Part shown: piece by piece, positions 9,766 through 19,756 of the stretch
How positions within the stretch are numbered: the first letter of the stretch is position 1
Layout of the letters: each line of letters begins with the position of its first letter
Assembly: GCA_963750165.1 (NCBI GenBank)
Contig: CAVVPN010000011.1
Location: 1,824,001-1,888,000, forward strand
Source: an uncultured Gemmataceae bacterium
Lineage (GTDB): Bacteria; Planctomycetota; Planctomycetia; Gemmatales; Gemmataceae
DNA: 64,000 nucleotides
Direction of reading: 5' to 3'
Program-made: the position numbers and the translations under genes
Notes under the pieces: model-generated
Seen by the model: only the letters and a program-made list of their open reading frames with translations
Told to the model about the DNA's origin: nothing
Databases searched by the model: none

Positions 9766-10899
9766 ATGCAATCCCTGGTTCGGCGACTGACCGTGACGGT
9801 GGTGGGGCCGGCGTGCCTGGGCCTGCTGCTGGCCTGCCCGCCGGCGGCGCACGGCGACGACACGAAGTACCCCGTTGTCAGCGTGGCGTTTTCACCGAAG
9901 GGAACGTGGCTGGCCGTGGGCGGCGGCGTCAACAACGGCTCCACCGTCGGCAAGCCGAAGATCAGCGCCGGCGCCCTGCGCGTGTTTGACACCAGGAAGT
10001 ACCAGGAAAAGGCCAGTTTCCACGACCCGTTCAAGCACAGCGTCTTCCAGTGCGCGTTCGCCGACGAGGACACCGTGATCGGCGTCGCCCACCGTTTCAA
10101 CACGAAGAACTTCCTGGGCACCGGCGTGTACCGGTTCTCCGTCGCGAAGCGCGCGCCGGCCGGCGACGTGCTGAACCTGGGGAACCGACAAAGCGCGAAC
10201 GAGGTGATGGCCTTCCACTGGCCCTCCGGCCTGGCCTGCCTGTACGGTCAGAGTTTCAGCAAGAACACTTACCTGAAGAACCTCAACGCCGGCGCCACGC
10301 AGCGGGGGCGGTCGCTCTATTTCAGCAGCCCGGGCGTCCTGTGTTTTGCCCCCGACGGCAAGACCCTGTTGCTCAGCCCGCCGCGGCACAACCACCGGCC
10401 GGGAGCGGCGCAGAGCCTGCCGCTGAAGGATTGCGTCCTGCGGCTGTACGACACCGCGTCGGGCAAGCTCGCCGGCCATTACATCCCGGACGACGTCTTC
10501 GCCGAGGCGGCGGCGTTCTCGCCGGACGGCAAGCGCGTGGTCCTCTCCTGTCAGGACGACCGCCTGTACCTGCTGACGGCGGACCTGAAGCAAACGGTGG
10601 ACGTGTTCCAGGTCGGCCATTGTTCACGGTTGCTGGCGTTCAGCCCGGACGGCCGCACCATCGCCACGAAGGCCGCCGCGGAGACGGTGCAGCTGCGGAA
10701 CGCGGCCACGGGCAAGGTGGTCCGGGCCCTGGACGGCCACGAGGGCGGCGTCAACTGCTTCGCCTTTTCGCCCGACGGGGCGCTGCTCGCGGTGGGCTGC
10801 GGCCCACTGACCGGCAAGGCGGCGGAGAAGAAAACGCCGGGCCATGTCCGCGTCTGGGACGTGAAGACGGGCAAGTCCGTCGCGGTGATCGATTTTTGA
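9766..10899 (+). CDS. Exported WD40-repeat protein, tandem paralogue of 8540..9757
   Basis: Shared blocks AFSPxGTWLAVGGG, LRLxxTxxGK and GVNCxAFSPDGALLAVGCG. Confidence 0.88.
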   Translation: MQSLVRRLTVTVVGPACLGLLLACPPAAHGDDTKYPVVSVAFSPKGTWLAVGGGVNNGSTVGKPKISAGALRVFDTRKYQEKASFHDPFKHSVFQCAFADEDTVIGVAHRFNTKNFLGTGVYRFSVAKRAPAGDVLNLGNRQSANEVMAFHWPSGLACLYGQSFSKNTYLKNLNAGATQRGRSLYFSSPGVLCFAPDGKTLLLSPPRHNHRPGAAQSLPLKDCVLRLYDTASGKLAGHYIPDDVFAEAAAFSPDGKRVVLSCQDDRLYLLTADLKQTVDVFQVGHCSRLLAFSPDGRTIATKAAAETVQLRNAATGKVVRALDGHEGGVNCFAFSPDGALLAVGCGPLTGKAAEKKTPGHVRVWDVKTGKSVAVIDF

Positions 10900-10908
10900 A
10901 GCACGTCG

Positions 10909-11604
10909 ATGCAGATCCTGTTTGAAGACAACCACTGCCTGGCCGTCGCCAAGCCACCGGCGCTGTTGACGCAGGGGGTGCCGCCCGGCATTCCGACGCT
11001 GGAGGCGCTGGTCAAAGCCTACCTGAAAGAAACCTATCACAAGACCGGCAACGTCTACCTGGGCATCCCGCACCGGCTTGACCGGCCGGTCTCGGGGGTG
11101 GTGCTGTTCGCCCGCAACACCAAGGCCGCCCGCCGCCTGGCGGAGCAGTTCCAGCAGCGCCAGGTCACCAAGCTCTACTGGGCGGCGGTCGAGGGCAATG
11201 TGCAGCCGGCCGCGGACACCTGGCACGACTGGCTGCGCAAACTGCAAGAGGAGTCCCGCTCCGAACGCGCCGCGCCGGGCAGTCCGGGGGCGCGTGAAGC
11301 GGTGCTGGAATATCGCACGCTCGGGCCGTGCGCCGGCGGCACTGTGCTGGAACTGCGGCCGCAGACCGGCCGCATGCACCAGCTGCGTCTGCAAGCGGCG
11401 CTGCGCGGCTGGCCGATCCGCGGCGACCAGCTCTACGGCGGCAAACTGCCCTTCGGCCCGCCCGCGGAACTGCCGCGCGACCGCATCATCGCCTTGCATG
11501 CCCGCAGCCTCACCTTCCTGCACCCCATCCGTTACGAACCCATCACCGTCGTCGCCCCGCTGCCCGCCGCCTGGCAGGAACTCGACACTCAGCTGCCGGG
11601 CTGA
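10909..11604 (+). CDS. RluA-family RNA pseudouridine synthase
   Basis: AKPP, HRLDRPVSG, TGRMHQLR, PIRGDQLYG and ALHARSL motifs. Confidence 0.95.
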   Translation: MQILFEDNHCLAVAKPPALLTQGVPPGIPTLEALVKAYLKETYHKTGNVYLGIPHRLDRPVSGVVLFARNTKAARRLAEQFQQRQVTKLYWAAVEGNVQPAADTWHDWLRKLQEESRSERAAPGSPGAREAVLEYRTLGPCAGGTVLELRPQTGRMHQLRLQAALRGWPIRGDQLYGGKLPFGPPAELPRDRIIALHARSLTFLHPIRYEPITVVAPLPAAWQELDTQLPG

Positions 11605-11729
11605 TCCCGCGCAAGTCGGCCGCCGCCCGGCGCTCGAGGGGTGAACAGAGCAACGGCCGGCAACGGTGAGGCCAACGCGGGAAGTGCTCGCGGCCTCCGG
11701 TTGTGGGCGGAATCATTAAGGAGCTTATC

Positions 11730-12239
11730 ATGAAGGCGATGTTGATGGGTGTGGCGGCCCTGACGGTGCTGGCGGTGATGACGGTTGGAGGGACGGCCCA
11801 GGCGAACGGCCCGAAGGGTCACGGCCCGGTCCATGTGGTTCATCCGGTGCATCCGGTGTCGCACTTCAACTACCATCTGACACACGGCGTGCGCTTCACG
11901 CACGGCTACTACTTCCGCGGCCCGTACTACAACCACTTTAACTACCGTTACTGGAGCCCGCGCTACCGCTGCTACTTCTACTACTACCCGGGCCTGGGCT
12001 ATTACTACTGGTCGGGTCAGTACGGCAACTTCTATCCGATGAGCTATCTGCCGGTCGTTGGCCCCAGCGGTGTGCCGCCGGTCGGCATCAACACGCTGCC
12101 CAGCCAGCTGCCGTCCGGCCTGATGCCGCCCGACCAGATGTTGCCGCCTGGCGTGACGCCGCCCTACGGTCCGGTGCAGCCCTATGGCCCGGTATCGCCC
12201 TACGGCCAGACGCCGTCCTATGGCCAACTGCCGTATTAA
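11730..12239 (+). CDS. Exported His/Tyr/Pro-rich low-complexity protein
   Basis: AAGGAG RBS, signal peptide, Tyr-rich core, PYG repeats, terminator downstream. Confidence 0.75.
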   Translation: MKAMLMGVAALTVLAVMTVGGTAQANGPKGHGPVHVVHPVHPVSHFNYHLTHGVRFTHGYYFRGPYYNHFNYRYWSPRYRCYFYYYPGLGYYYWSGQYGNFYPMSYLPVVGPSGVPPVGINTLPSQLPSGLMPPDQMLPPGVTPPYGPVQPYGPVSPYGQTPSYGQLPY

Positions 12240-12257
12240 CCACAGTCGTGCTTCCCG

Positions 12258-12320
12258 AATCGCCAACCGGCCGCTCCGCCGCCAACCTCGGCGGCGGAGC
12301 GGGCCGATTGGCGTTTTTGA
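12258..12320 (+). terminator. Intrinsic terminator
   Basis: GC-rich stem (cgctccgccgcc / ggcggcggagcg) followed by a T-run. Confidence 0.7.
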
Positions 12321-12412
12321 TTGCCGCGACGTTCAGGTGCTGGTACGCTGCCATCAGAATGCGGCGCAGCGTACCAACCTGCTTGTTTTGACCATTTCGA
12401 GAGGCTGGCCGG

Positions 12413-12647
12413 CTGCCACTGCCTGAGTTCAACGAGTTCGGCGACCTCCCCGAAGGGAGCCACCTGGCCTCGCTCGCAGAAGTCGTTGCACGCTTCGGAA
12501 CCGGGACGGTCCAAAGGCAAGCGGTTACGGATCGCCTCCGGCGAATTTATCAGTTGGCGGTGGCGGCCGGGCGCCTGGATCGGCTCGTTATCTTCGGCAG
12601 TTACGTTTCGGACGTGCCCGCACCCAATGATGTGGACGTGATCCTGG
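12413..12647 (+). pseudogene. Truncated DUF6932-like (nucleotidyltransferase-fold) gene
   Basis: LPEFNEFGDLPEGSH...VIFGSYVSDVPAPNDVDVIL (GS...DxD); no ATG start; ends at an inverted-repeat element. Confidence 0.65.
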
Positions 12648-12789
12648 GGTGGTGGGTTAGCAGCGTTGCCATACGCCGAAGTCCTTCTGGATCAAGGGGT
12701 AATGACAAGCCACGGTTTTCGGCTTCGAGCGGTAACCGTTTACCACTGTTGAACTTGCGTCACCTCGGCAACGCTGCTAACCCACCACC
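12648..12789. mobile_element. 142-bp MITE/REPIN-like element with 23-bp perfect terminal inverted repeats
   Basis: ggtggtgggttagcagcgttgcc (12648-12670) / ggcaacgctgctaacccaccacc (12767-12789). Confidence 0.7.
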
Positions 12790-12827
12790 GGAATCGCGTT
12801 CCCCACCCGTAATTCGGAGGGCTTGAC

Positions 12828-13661
12828 ATGGCGGACGAATCAGCATTCCCGAACGGAGCGCGGGGCGATGGCCCGAAAAAACCCTCCGCCCGCGACCGAC
12901 TGCGTGCGGAGTTGGAGAACGCCGTCCACCTGGCCCACCACCTGACGGCCGCGGGCGACCTGCGCGGCGCGTGGGAGACCTATCGGTGCATCGTCCGGCT
13001 GTTCGCCGCGTCGGACGCCAGGGCCGTGGCGAAACGGCTGCGCGCGGCCCTCGAAGCCGAGGCCACGAGCGTCAATCTCGAACGGCAAGTCACCGGCCTG
13101 CGGCGAGCGCTGGACGAGGTCGCCGGGCCGTGGACCGTCGGCGCCGCGGCGGCCGACTACCGCGCCTCGATCCTGCGGGCGATCAGCGTGGGCGCCCCGG
13201 CCTACAACGCCGGCGACCAGCGCGGCTGCTACGAGGTGTACGCCGCCACGGCCCGATGGCTGTTGCACACGCTGCCCACGGCCGACGCGGAGGCCCGGAC
13301 CCGGCTGGAGGACGCGCTGCGCCGCTGTGCGAGCCTGGCCGACGTGAACGAGCAGGCGTGGGCCATGCGGCACGCCTTTGACGCCATCCTGAGCCCACCG
13401 GTCGCGGGGACGGCCGAGATCCGCGCCGCGCTGCAGCGGGCAATCGAGCTGGGTGCCCCGGTGTACAACAGCGGCAACCATCGCGGCTGTTACGAGATAT
13501 ACGCTGCGACGGCCCGGCTCATCGTGGCAAGCTTCGCCGGCGGCGACGCGGCCAAGCAGCGGTTGCAGGCGGCGCTGGCGGAGTGCGACCGTCTGGAGGA
13601 CGCGAACCAGCAGGCGTGGACGATGCGGCACGCCTTCGACAGCATCCTCGCCGGGGAGTGA
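12828..13661 (+). CDS. Hypothetical protein built from three ~80-aa helical repeats
   Basis: RAIxxGAPxYNxGxxRGCYExYAATAR...QAWxMRHAFDxIL occurs twice, plus one degenerate copy. Confidence 0.8.
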   Translation: MADESAFPNGARGDGPKKPSARDRLRAELENAVHLAHHLTAAGDLRGAWETYRCIVRLFAASDARAVAKRLRAALEAEATSVNLERQVTGLRRALDEVAGPWTVGAAAADYRASILRAISVGAPAYNAGDQRGCYEVYAATARWLLHTLPTADAEARTRLEDALRRCASLADVNEQAWAMRHAFDAILSPPVAGTAEIRAALQRAIELGAPVYNSGNHRGCYEIYAATARLIVASFAGGDAAKQRLQAALAECDRLEDANQQAWTMRHAFDSILAGE

Positions 13662-13695
13662 GGGGTGCTTGCGCGGCCACGAGCAGCAGAATGGT

Positions 13696-14199
13696 TCAGC
13701 CCGTCTGTTTCCGCTTGTGCGGTTGTGCGGGTTCTGGCACTGGCACGATGCGCAACCGATAGCCAATCCGCGTCAGCGCCTGGGTCAGCGCCTTCAGAGA
13801 CAGATCCTTGCGCCCTGCCAGGACGTGACTGAGCATGTCTTCGGCGATGCCGGTCGCCTCGCAGAAGGCCCGGCGCGTCGGGAATTTGTTGCGGATCAAT
13901 TCCTCCAGATCGCCCTGGAGATCGTCCGGAGCGATTAAACCGGCGGCCATGCCCAATCGGCTACTGAGATCTTGGGCCACCCGCCAGGGAATTGTCCGTC
14001 GCACTAATTTCCGGGACAGACCGCGGGCCTCGTAGAAGGCGGGAACAGCGGCGAACCACCAGTTGTCGAAGTCGTCCCAGTCGGGGTGCGTGCGGGCACG
14101 CCGTCGGATGCGGGCCACCAGCTTGCGCTCCTCCGCATCCAGATGCACCAGGGGGATTTCCTGCCCGTCGAGATCGACATAACTGTCAGTCTGTTTCAT
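13696..14199 (-). CDS. Protein with C-terminal XRE-type helix-turn-helix domain
   Basis: TRRAFCEATGIAEDMLSHVLAGRKDLSLKALTQAL; start overlaps the stop of the upstream gene. Confidence 0.8.
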   Translation of the reverse strand: MKQTDSYVDLDGQEIPLVHLDAEERKLVARIRRRARTHPDWDDFDNWWFAAVPAFYEARGLSRKLVRRTIPWRVAQDLSSRLGMAAGLIAPDDLQGDLEELIRNKFPTRRAFCEATGIAEDMLSHVLAGRKDLSLKALTQALTRIGYRLRIVPVPEPAQPHKRKQTG

Positions 14200-14545
14200 G
14201 GCCCGACCCCTCAACAAACTCTACATGACCGGCAACACTCAGGTAAATACACTTCTGCCGAAAAATCGAGCAAGACTCCCTCAACAAGATACGCAACTCC
14301 ATAACAGCGGCACGGGGCAGGGCCACGACGTAACGGCGCGAACTGTCCTGGATGCGTTCTCCAGTATCAGGATCCAGATACCAACCCTGGTGCAGCGCGG
14401 TGTCCCGTGTCGCTCCGCCGAAGGCCACCAGGCGGTCTTCCAGCCACGCCCAGCTCCCGGGACGATGTAAGCGACCGTCCGACAAATTTCGGTCTCTGCG
14501 GATTGGTATCAGAAACGAACACTCCAGTAACCGTCTTTTCGTCAT
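14186..14545 (-). CDS. Small hypothetical protein, possibly PII/DUF3574/SAM-lyase-like fold
   Basis: FGGAT...GWY.D..TG...D...Y.VA...F.QKCIY pattern; GAAGGA RBS. Confidence 0.65.
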   Translation of the reverse strand: MTKRRLLECSFLIPIRRDRNLSDGRLHRPGSWAWLEDRLVAFGGATRDTALHQGWYLDPDTGERIQDSSRRYVVALPRAAVMELRILLRESCSIFRQKCIYLSVAGHVEFVEGSGHETD

Positions 14546-14654
14546 GAGTTCCTTCTCCCGGACCTGATGACCTCCTCTCCCGCATGGTAACGGTTCTTGA
14601 CCATAAGTCAAGCCCTGTCCGAGAGAGTGTCACGCCTCCCATTCACAGCGGCCG

Positions 14655-17600
14655 TCACTTCTTCAGCCGCGCCCCATTGATCCACGCCAGGATGGTGCGG
14701 TACGCCGGATCCTCCGTGCCGCCCCAGCGCACGCCGCCGCCGTGACTGAGCGTCTTCTGGTCGAGGACGCCCTCCTGAGCCGCGTCCGCCAGCGGCTTGC
14801 GCAGGATCAGGCTGTTCGCCGGCCGGGCCAGGTCGATCACCTTCAGCGCCGCCCGGTAGTGCTCCCGTGACTGCTGCGGCGTGAAGCCGCCGTCCTTGCC
14901 GGGCCGGCTCAGGCGGAAGATCGTGTGCGTGTGGTGGCACAGCGCACACGCCTGGCCGTCGCCGCCCTTGACCGCGAACAGCGGCTGCACCTTCGCCACG
15001 AAATAGTCGTAGTCCAGCAACTTTGTCACGTCGCCCTGCGGCAGCTTGCTGTCCTTGCCTTCGTAGAGCTGCTCGGCCAGCTGCCGCGTCCGTTCGCTGG
15101 GGTCATCCAGCAGCGCCTTCAGCGCCAGCCGCACCGCCGGGTTCTTGCCCATCTGCGGATACTTCTGCACCAGCGCCAGCGCCTCGCGCCGCACCGCGTC
15201 CTCCTTCGCGGTCAGCGCCTCGCTGACGACGCTGACCAGTTCCAGGTTCTCCGCCAGCGCCGGCCGCGCCCGCAGCACCTCGAACACCAGCTGCCGATTC
15301 GCCGCCTTGTCGCTGCGCAACAGCCGATTCGTCAGGAACTGCGCCTGCTTGGTGTCCGCCACCGCCGGCAGCGTCAGCGCCGTTTCCAGGGCCGCCCGCT
15401 TCACCGCCGCGTCGTCGGCGGCCAGCGCCTCAACCAATGCCTCACGCACCTTCGCGTCCCTGTGCAGCGCCGGAAACTGCGGCAACGCCGCCAGCGCCGC
15501 CGGCACCCGCTGCGGATCGCCCGACGTGACGAATTCACGCACCGCCGTCAGCACCCTGGCGTTCGCCGTCGCCTTGCCGCCGAGCTTGCCGACGGTCGTC
15601 AGCGCCGCGTTGCGCGCCTCCGCGTGCGGGCTGGCCAGCAGCTTGATCAGGGCGGGGCCGAGCCGGGCCTCCGTCTGCGGCGTTAACTTCAGCGGGAAGG
15701 CGTTCCGCAACTCCGCGGCTACCGCACGCACACGCGGACTGTCGTCGCCGTACAGGTCGAGCCAGTAGACGGGCAAATCCTTGACGACGCCCTTGAGCGT
15801 CAGCGCCGTGACCGCGGCGTGCTCGCGCACCGACGGCGACTTGTGCGTCAGCAGCTTGATCAGTAGCGGCTCCAGCGTGTCGCGGCTGTCGGCGTAGAAC
15901 TGAATCTGTTCGATGTCGTTGCCGATGCGGCCGTAGCGGATTTTGTTGCCGTAACCGCCGCGGCGCAGGTGGAACTCCGCCAGCGCCTGCAGCGTCTGGT
16001 CGATCAGCGCCTCGTTGTCCGACGCCAGCGCTTTTGCCACGCGGTCGCCGATCATCTTCATCTGCGCTTTCTGGCCCTGGCTCGCCCTGTCCTTGTCGGC
16101 CTGCCGGGCCAGCAGCGGAATCCAGTTGTTGTAAAGGTAGCGCGTGTTCTCATCGGCGACGTTGTACAGGGCCGCGCGCAGGTTGCCCTGCACGGCCGGC
16201 TGCCGCTCCACCGCTAGACGCGCCAGCAGCGCGTCCACGACCTCCGCCCGCAGCCCAAGGCTCTTCGTCCACCAGAACCACTGCCACGCCGCCCGCGTCG
16301 CCAGCAGGCGCACCAGCGGGTCGGCGTCGTTCAGCCGCGCCAGCACTGCCCGGCCCAGGTCGTCGTCGTGCGTCAGGTAGGCGAAGTGCTGGGCGAAGAC
16401 ACGGATGGCCCCGCGGCGCGTCACGTCATCGTCCGCGGCGAGGGCCGCCTTGATCTCGGCGTGGCCCTTGCCGGCGCGCGTGGCGTACTCGCGCACCGCC
16501 CAGGCGGCGCTGTGCCGCACCACCTTGCTGCGGTCGCCGAGCAACTTCACCACGTCGCCGTGCAGCTCCGGCGCGAGGATGCGCCCCGCGGCCTCGACGG
16601 CGGTCTGCCGCACCAGCACCTCGGGGTGCCGCAGTGCCTGACCGATCTGCTTGACAAGCGCGTCGGACGGCCGCTGCCAGATTTGATCGAGCTGCGCCAG
16701 CAACGCCGCCTCGTTGTCGAGGTCCAGTTGCTTCGGCAGCGGCGGGAAGCCGGCGTGCCAACCGCGGGCCTGTTCGGGGCCGCGCTTCGGGTCCTCGTTG
16801 GGGTAGAGCTGCGCCAGCGCCATGACGGCGAACTGCGTCTCGCGGAAGGGCGTCTTGAAGTTCTCGTACGTGCTGCTGTCGAGCCAGCCGCCCCAGGGTT
16901 GCTGTGTCCGCAACAGCGCTTCAATTCCCTTGCGAATCTGCGGATGCTCGGGCGTGTAGCCGCTCAGCGCCAGCACCCACAGGCAGTGACCCGTCTGGAA
17001 CTTGACCGCCGTACTTTTCGGGTCGGTCAGCATCGACCATTGCCCATCGGGTCGCTGCCATTTCAAGATCGCCGCGCAGTTCTTCTTGATGCGCTCCGCG
17101 TACTTCTTCGGGTCGATCTGCACGAAATCCGCGGTCTGGTAGCACAGGTCGAGCAGCACCGGCTGTTTGGCGCTGTCCTTGCGCTTGCTGAAGGTGTCCT
17201 GCTCGATCAGGCCCTGCAAGCGGTCGCGATACTCCGCATACTCTTTTTTGCCGGTGCGGCGCGCCATCTCGTCGAACATCAGCCAGCTGTGGCCGGCGAT
17301 CTCGTAGGTGCTGACCACGGGCAGGTTGCCGTTGCTCTCGTTGCCCGGCAGCTTGTCGCGGCCCTGGTAGTAAATCTTGAGGTAGCCCGTCACGCCCTCC
17401 AGGCAGCGCGTGCGGGCCTCGTGAGTGATGTCGCGCTCGTAGAGGTTGACGAGGTAGCCGAGCCGGCTCATGACGTTGGCCGACGCGGAAATCATCCGCG
17501 CCCAGGTGGCGTCCTGTTCGTGGCCGTAGAAGGGCCGCGGATTGTTGTACAGGCGCTCGGCCAGGAACTTCAGCGCCGGCCGCTGCTTGACGGGGTAGCC

Positions 17601-18787
17601 GTTGCCGACCGCGATCATGTGGCCGCGCGTGCTGAAGTGCGTCGGATGGCAGGCGATGCACTGGGCCGTCTCGGGATGGGCGCTCAGCAGGCGATTTTGT
17701 ACGCCGCCCATGCGCGGCGTGTTGGCGTGCCAGCTGTCGCCAGCGTTGACGAGGTAGTCCATCGCCGTCCGCACCGCCCGGCTCGCCTGCGGCCGCAACT
17801 CCGCCTGCGCGTCAAAGCTCGGCACGTCGTAGCTGAAGGTGCGCAGCTGGTACGCGGGATGGTTGCCCTCGACGCGCAGATAGTAGATGCCGGGGGCGAG
17901 CACGCGTGTCGTGAACTTGTTGCCGAGCCGCGTCTGCACCTCGTGCGGGTCGATGGCCGGCGTCTCCAGCACGATGTCGCTGGTCGGGTCGATGCCGTTG
18001 ACCACCGCCACCGGCTTGCCGTCCTGCACGCGCCAGACGCTCACGTCCAGCGGCACCTCGCGGTCGAGCACGTCCAGCTCAAAGTACACCAGCCGCGGCT
18101 TCGCCCCCTCGACGGTGAAGCGATACCAGTCCTCGCCCTGCGCCAGCGCCGCGCCTCGTTGGCGGACATGGGCTGTCCGTAATGCGTCAATTTGGGGAAC
18201 GGCCCGGTGCGCGGGTCGTGCAGGGCGGGATACAACTGGCGGTCGTCGGCGTGGCCGAAGACGACGGTGCCCAGCTTGATCGGCAGCGCCTGCTGCCAGG
18301 TGTCGTTCGGCTCGTGCTCGACGCGGCCGGCGGCCTGCTTGGCGTTGGCGTGCCAGCGGCGCACGCTGACGCGGGCCGGCAGCGGTTTGTCGGCGTGGGA
18401 ACGGCACTCGACGGTGAGCGGCCCGGCGACGGTCGGCCGCACGACCACGAACGCATCCGCGTCGAAGCTGTGCAGCAGCGTCTCGTTGAGCACGCGCTGG
18501 CCGTCGCGCACGGTGACGACCACGGTGTCCTGGTCGGTCAATTTCGCGGGCTGGTCCAGCGCGATCAGCACGGAATAGAGCCGATCCGGCTCCGCCTTGT
18601 CGAGAATGATGCGCTGCGTCTGTCCGGCGGGGAGCGTGCCCTGCCAGGGTTGACCGTCGGTCAGCGCGGCGTCGGCGTCGGCGTGCAGCCAGCGGCCGAC
18701 GAGCACGACGGTGAGGACGACCGTGGCGGCGAGGGCCAGGAGCAGGCGACGCGACACAAACGAGGATGGCGGCCGGCGACACGGCAT
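14655..18787 (-). CDS. Large exported HEAT-repeat protein with two CxxCH motifs and a prenyltransferase/cyclase-like region; apparent frameshift near 18150
   Basis: N-terminus in ORF 18041..18787, remainder in 14655..18782; CIACH, CALCH; QRPDGQW and QQPWGGW (QW-like) motifs; HEAT repeats. Confidence 0.8.
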
Positions 18788-18947
18788 GGCAGGCTTCTCC
18801 CTGGTAGGCGGGTCATGTGGGTAGGTGGGTGCGGCCGCGCAGCAGTCGCACCCTGGCCATGATGCCGGTTGCCGGGGGAGGCGTCAAGGAGCAGTAGAAT
18901 GACGCCGGAAGGGTTTGGCGGAAGCGTGCTTCGTTCCCTGAGGTGAC

Positions 18948-19484
18948 GTGATGCAGTTGCCCGGGATGCCCGAGGTCGGCCTGACCGACCGCGTCGTTCG
19001 GCTGGCGGTGCGCGACGAGGACGCGGCGGCCACGTTGGCCCGGGTGGCGTCCGGGGAGTTGAGTCGCTGTGTGCTGCCGTGGGTGGCGCTGATGCGCGGC
19101 GGCGGCACCGCGGCGGTTCTGGCGGAGGGGCTGCGCCTGGCTGACCTTGAGCCGGATGCGCGGCTGCGGGTAGATTACGCGGTAGACGCCTTGATCCTCG
19201 CGGAGTTGCCGGGCGTGTTGCCCGAATGGAAAAAGGCGCTGGAGGGCTGGAACGTGCGTGAATCCCAACAAGTTCTGGAGTGGAAGGCTGAGGGCGAATT
19301 GAAAGACCGACGGGCGGCCCTGCTGCGGTTGCTGGAGAAGCGCTGCAAGGAACCGGTCCCGAGCGATCTGGTGGCGGCCATTGAGGCGACCCAGGACATG
19401 GACCTCTTGTGGCGCTGGTTCGATGTCGCGGCGGAGGTGAACACTTTCGACGACTTCCGCGCGGCCACGCAAGCGCAAAAATGA
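18948..19484 (+). CDS. Rpn/DUF4351-like protein, C-terminal part (probably 5'-truncated)
   Basis: LPWVALMRGG...WNVRESQQVLEWKAEG...LLRLLEKR...IEATQDMDLLWRWFDVA. Confidence 0.6.
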   Translation: MMQLPGMPEVGLTDRVVRLAVRDEDAAATLARVASGELSRCVLPWVALMRGGGTAAVLAEGLRLADLEPDARLRVDYAVDALILAELPGVLPEWKKALEGWNVRESQQVLEWKAEGELKDRRAALLRLLEKRCKEPVPSDLVAAIEATQDMDLLWRWFDVAAEVNTFDDFRAATQAQK

Positions 19485-19576
19485 CACCCGCGCTCCGACG
19501 GATCGGAACAGGGTTCGGCCGCGAGCGGAATGGAGTGATCGGTGCAACAGATCCGCACGAGCGTGGAGACAAAGCC

Positions 19577-19640
19577 GTGAGCCGCCCGCTGGACTTCCAC
19601 CCGGCGGTGCGTGACGAGATCGACGACGCCCACGACGCGA
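19577..19640 (+). pseudogene. 5' fragment of a RelE/ParE-type toxin gene
   Basis: GGAG RBS then VSRPLDFHPAVRDEIDDAHD; similarity is lost just before a REPIN. Confidence 0.45.
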
Positions 19641-19664
19641 GCCTGGAGCCGTTTGCGTTTGAGT

Positions 19665-19724
19665 GTAGCGGAAGTCACCAGACTTCCGTCCGATGTTACT
19701 CGGAAGTCTGGCGACTTCCGCTAC
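19665..19724. repeat. GTAG-type REP doublet (REPIN), copy 1
   Basis: gtagcggaagtcaccagacttccg ... cggaagtctggcgacttccgctac; near-identical copy at 50435-50494. Confidence 0.85.
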
Positions 19725-19756
19725 CCCAGTCGCGCTGCGCGCTAGCTTCCGCCAAC

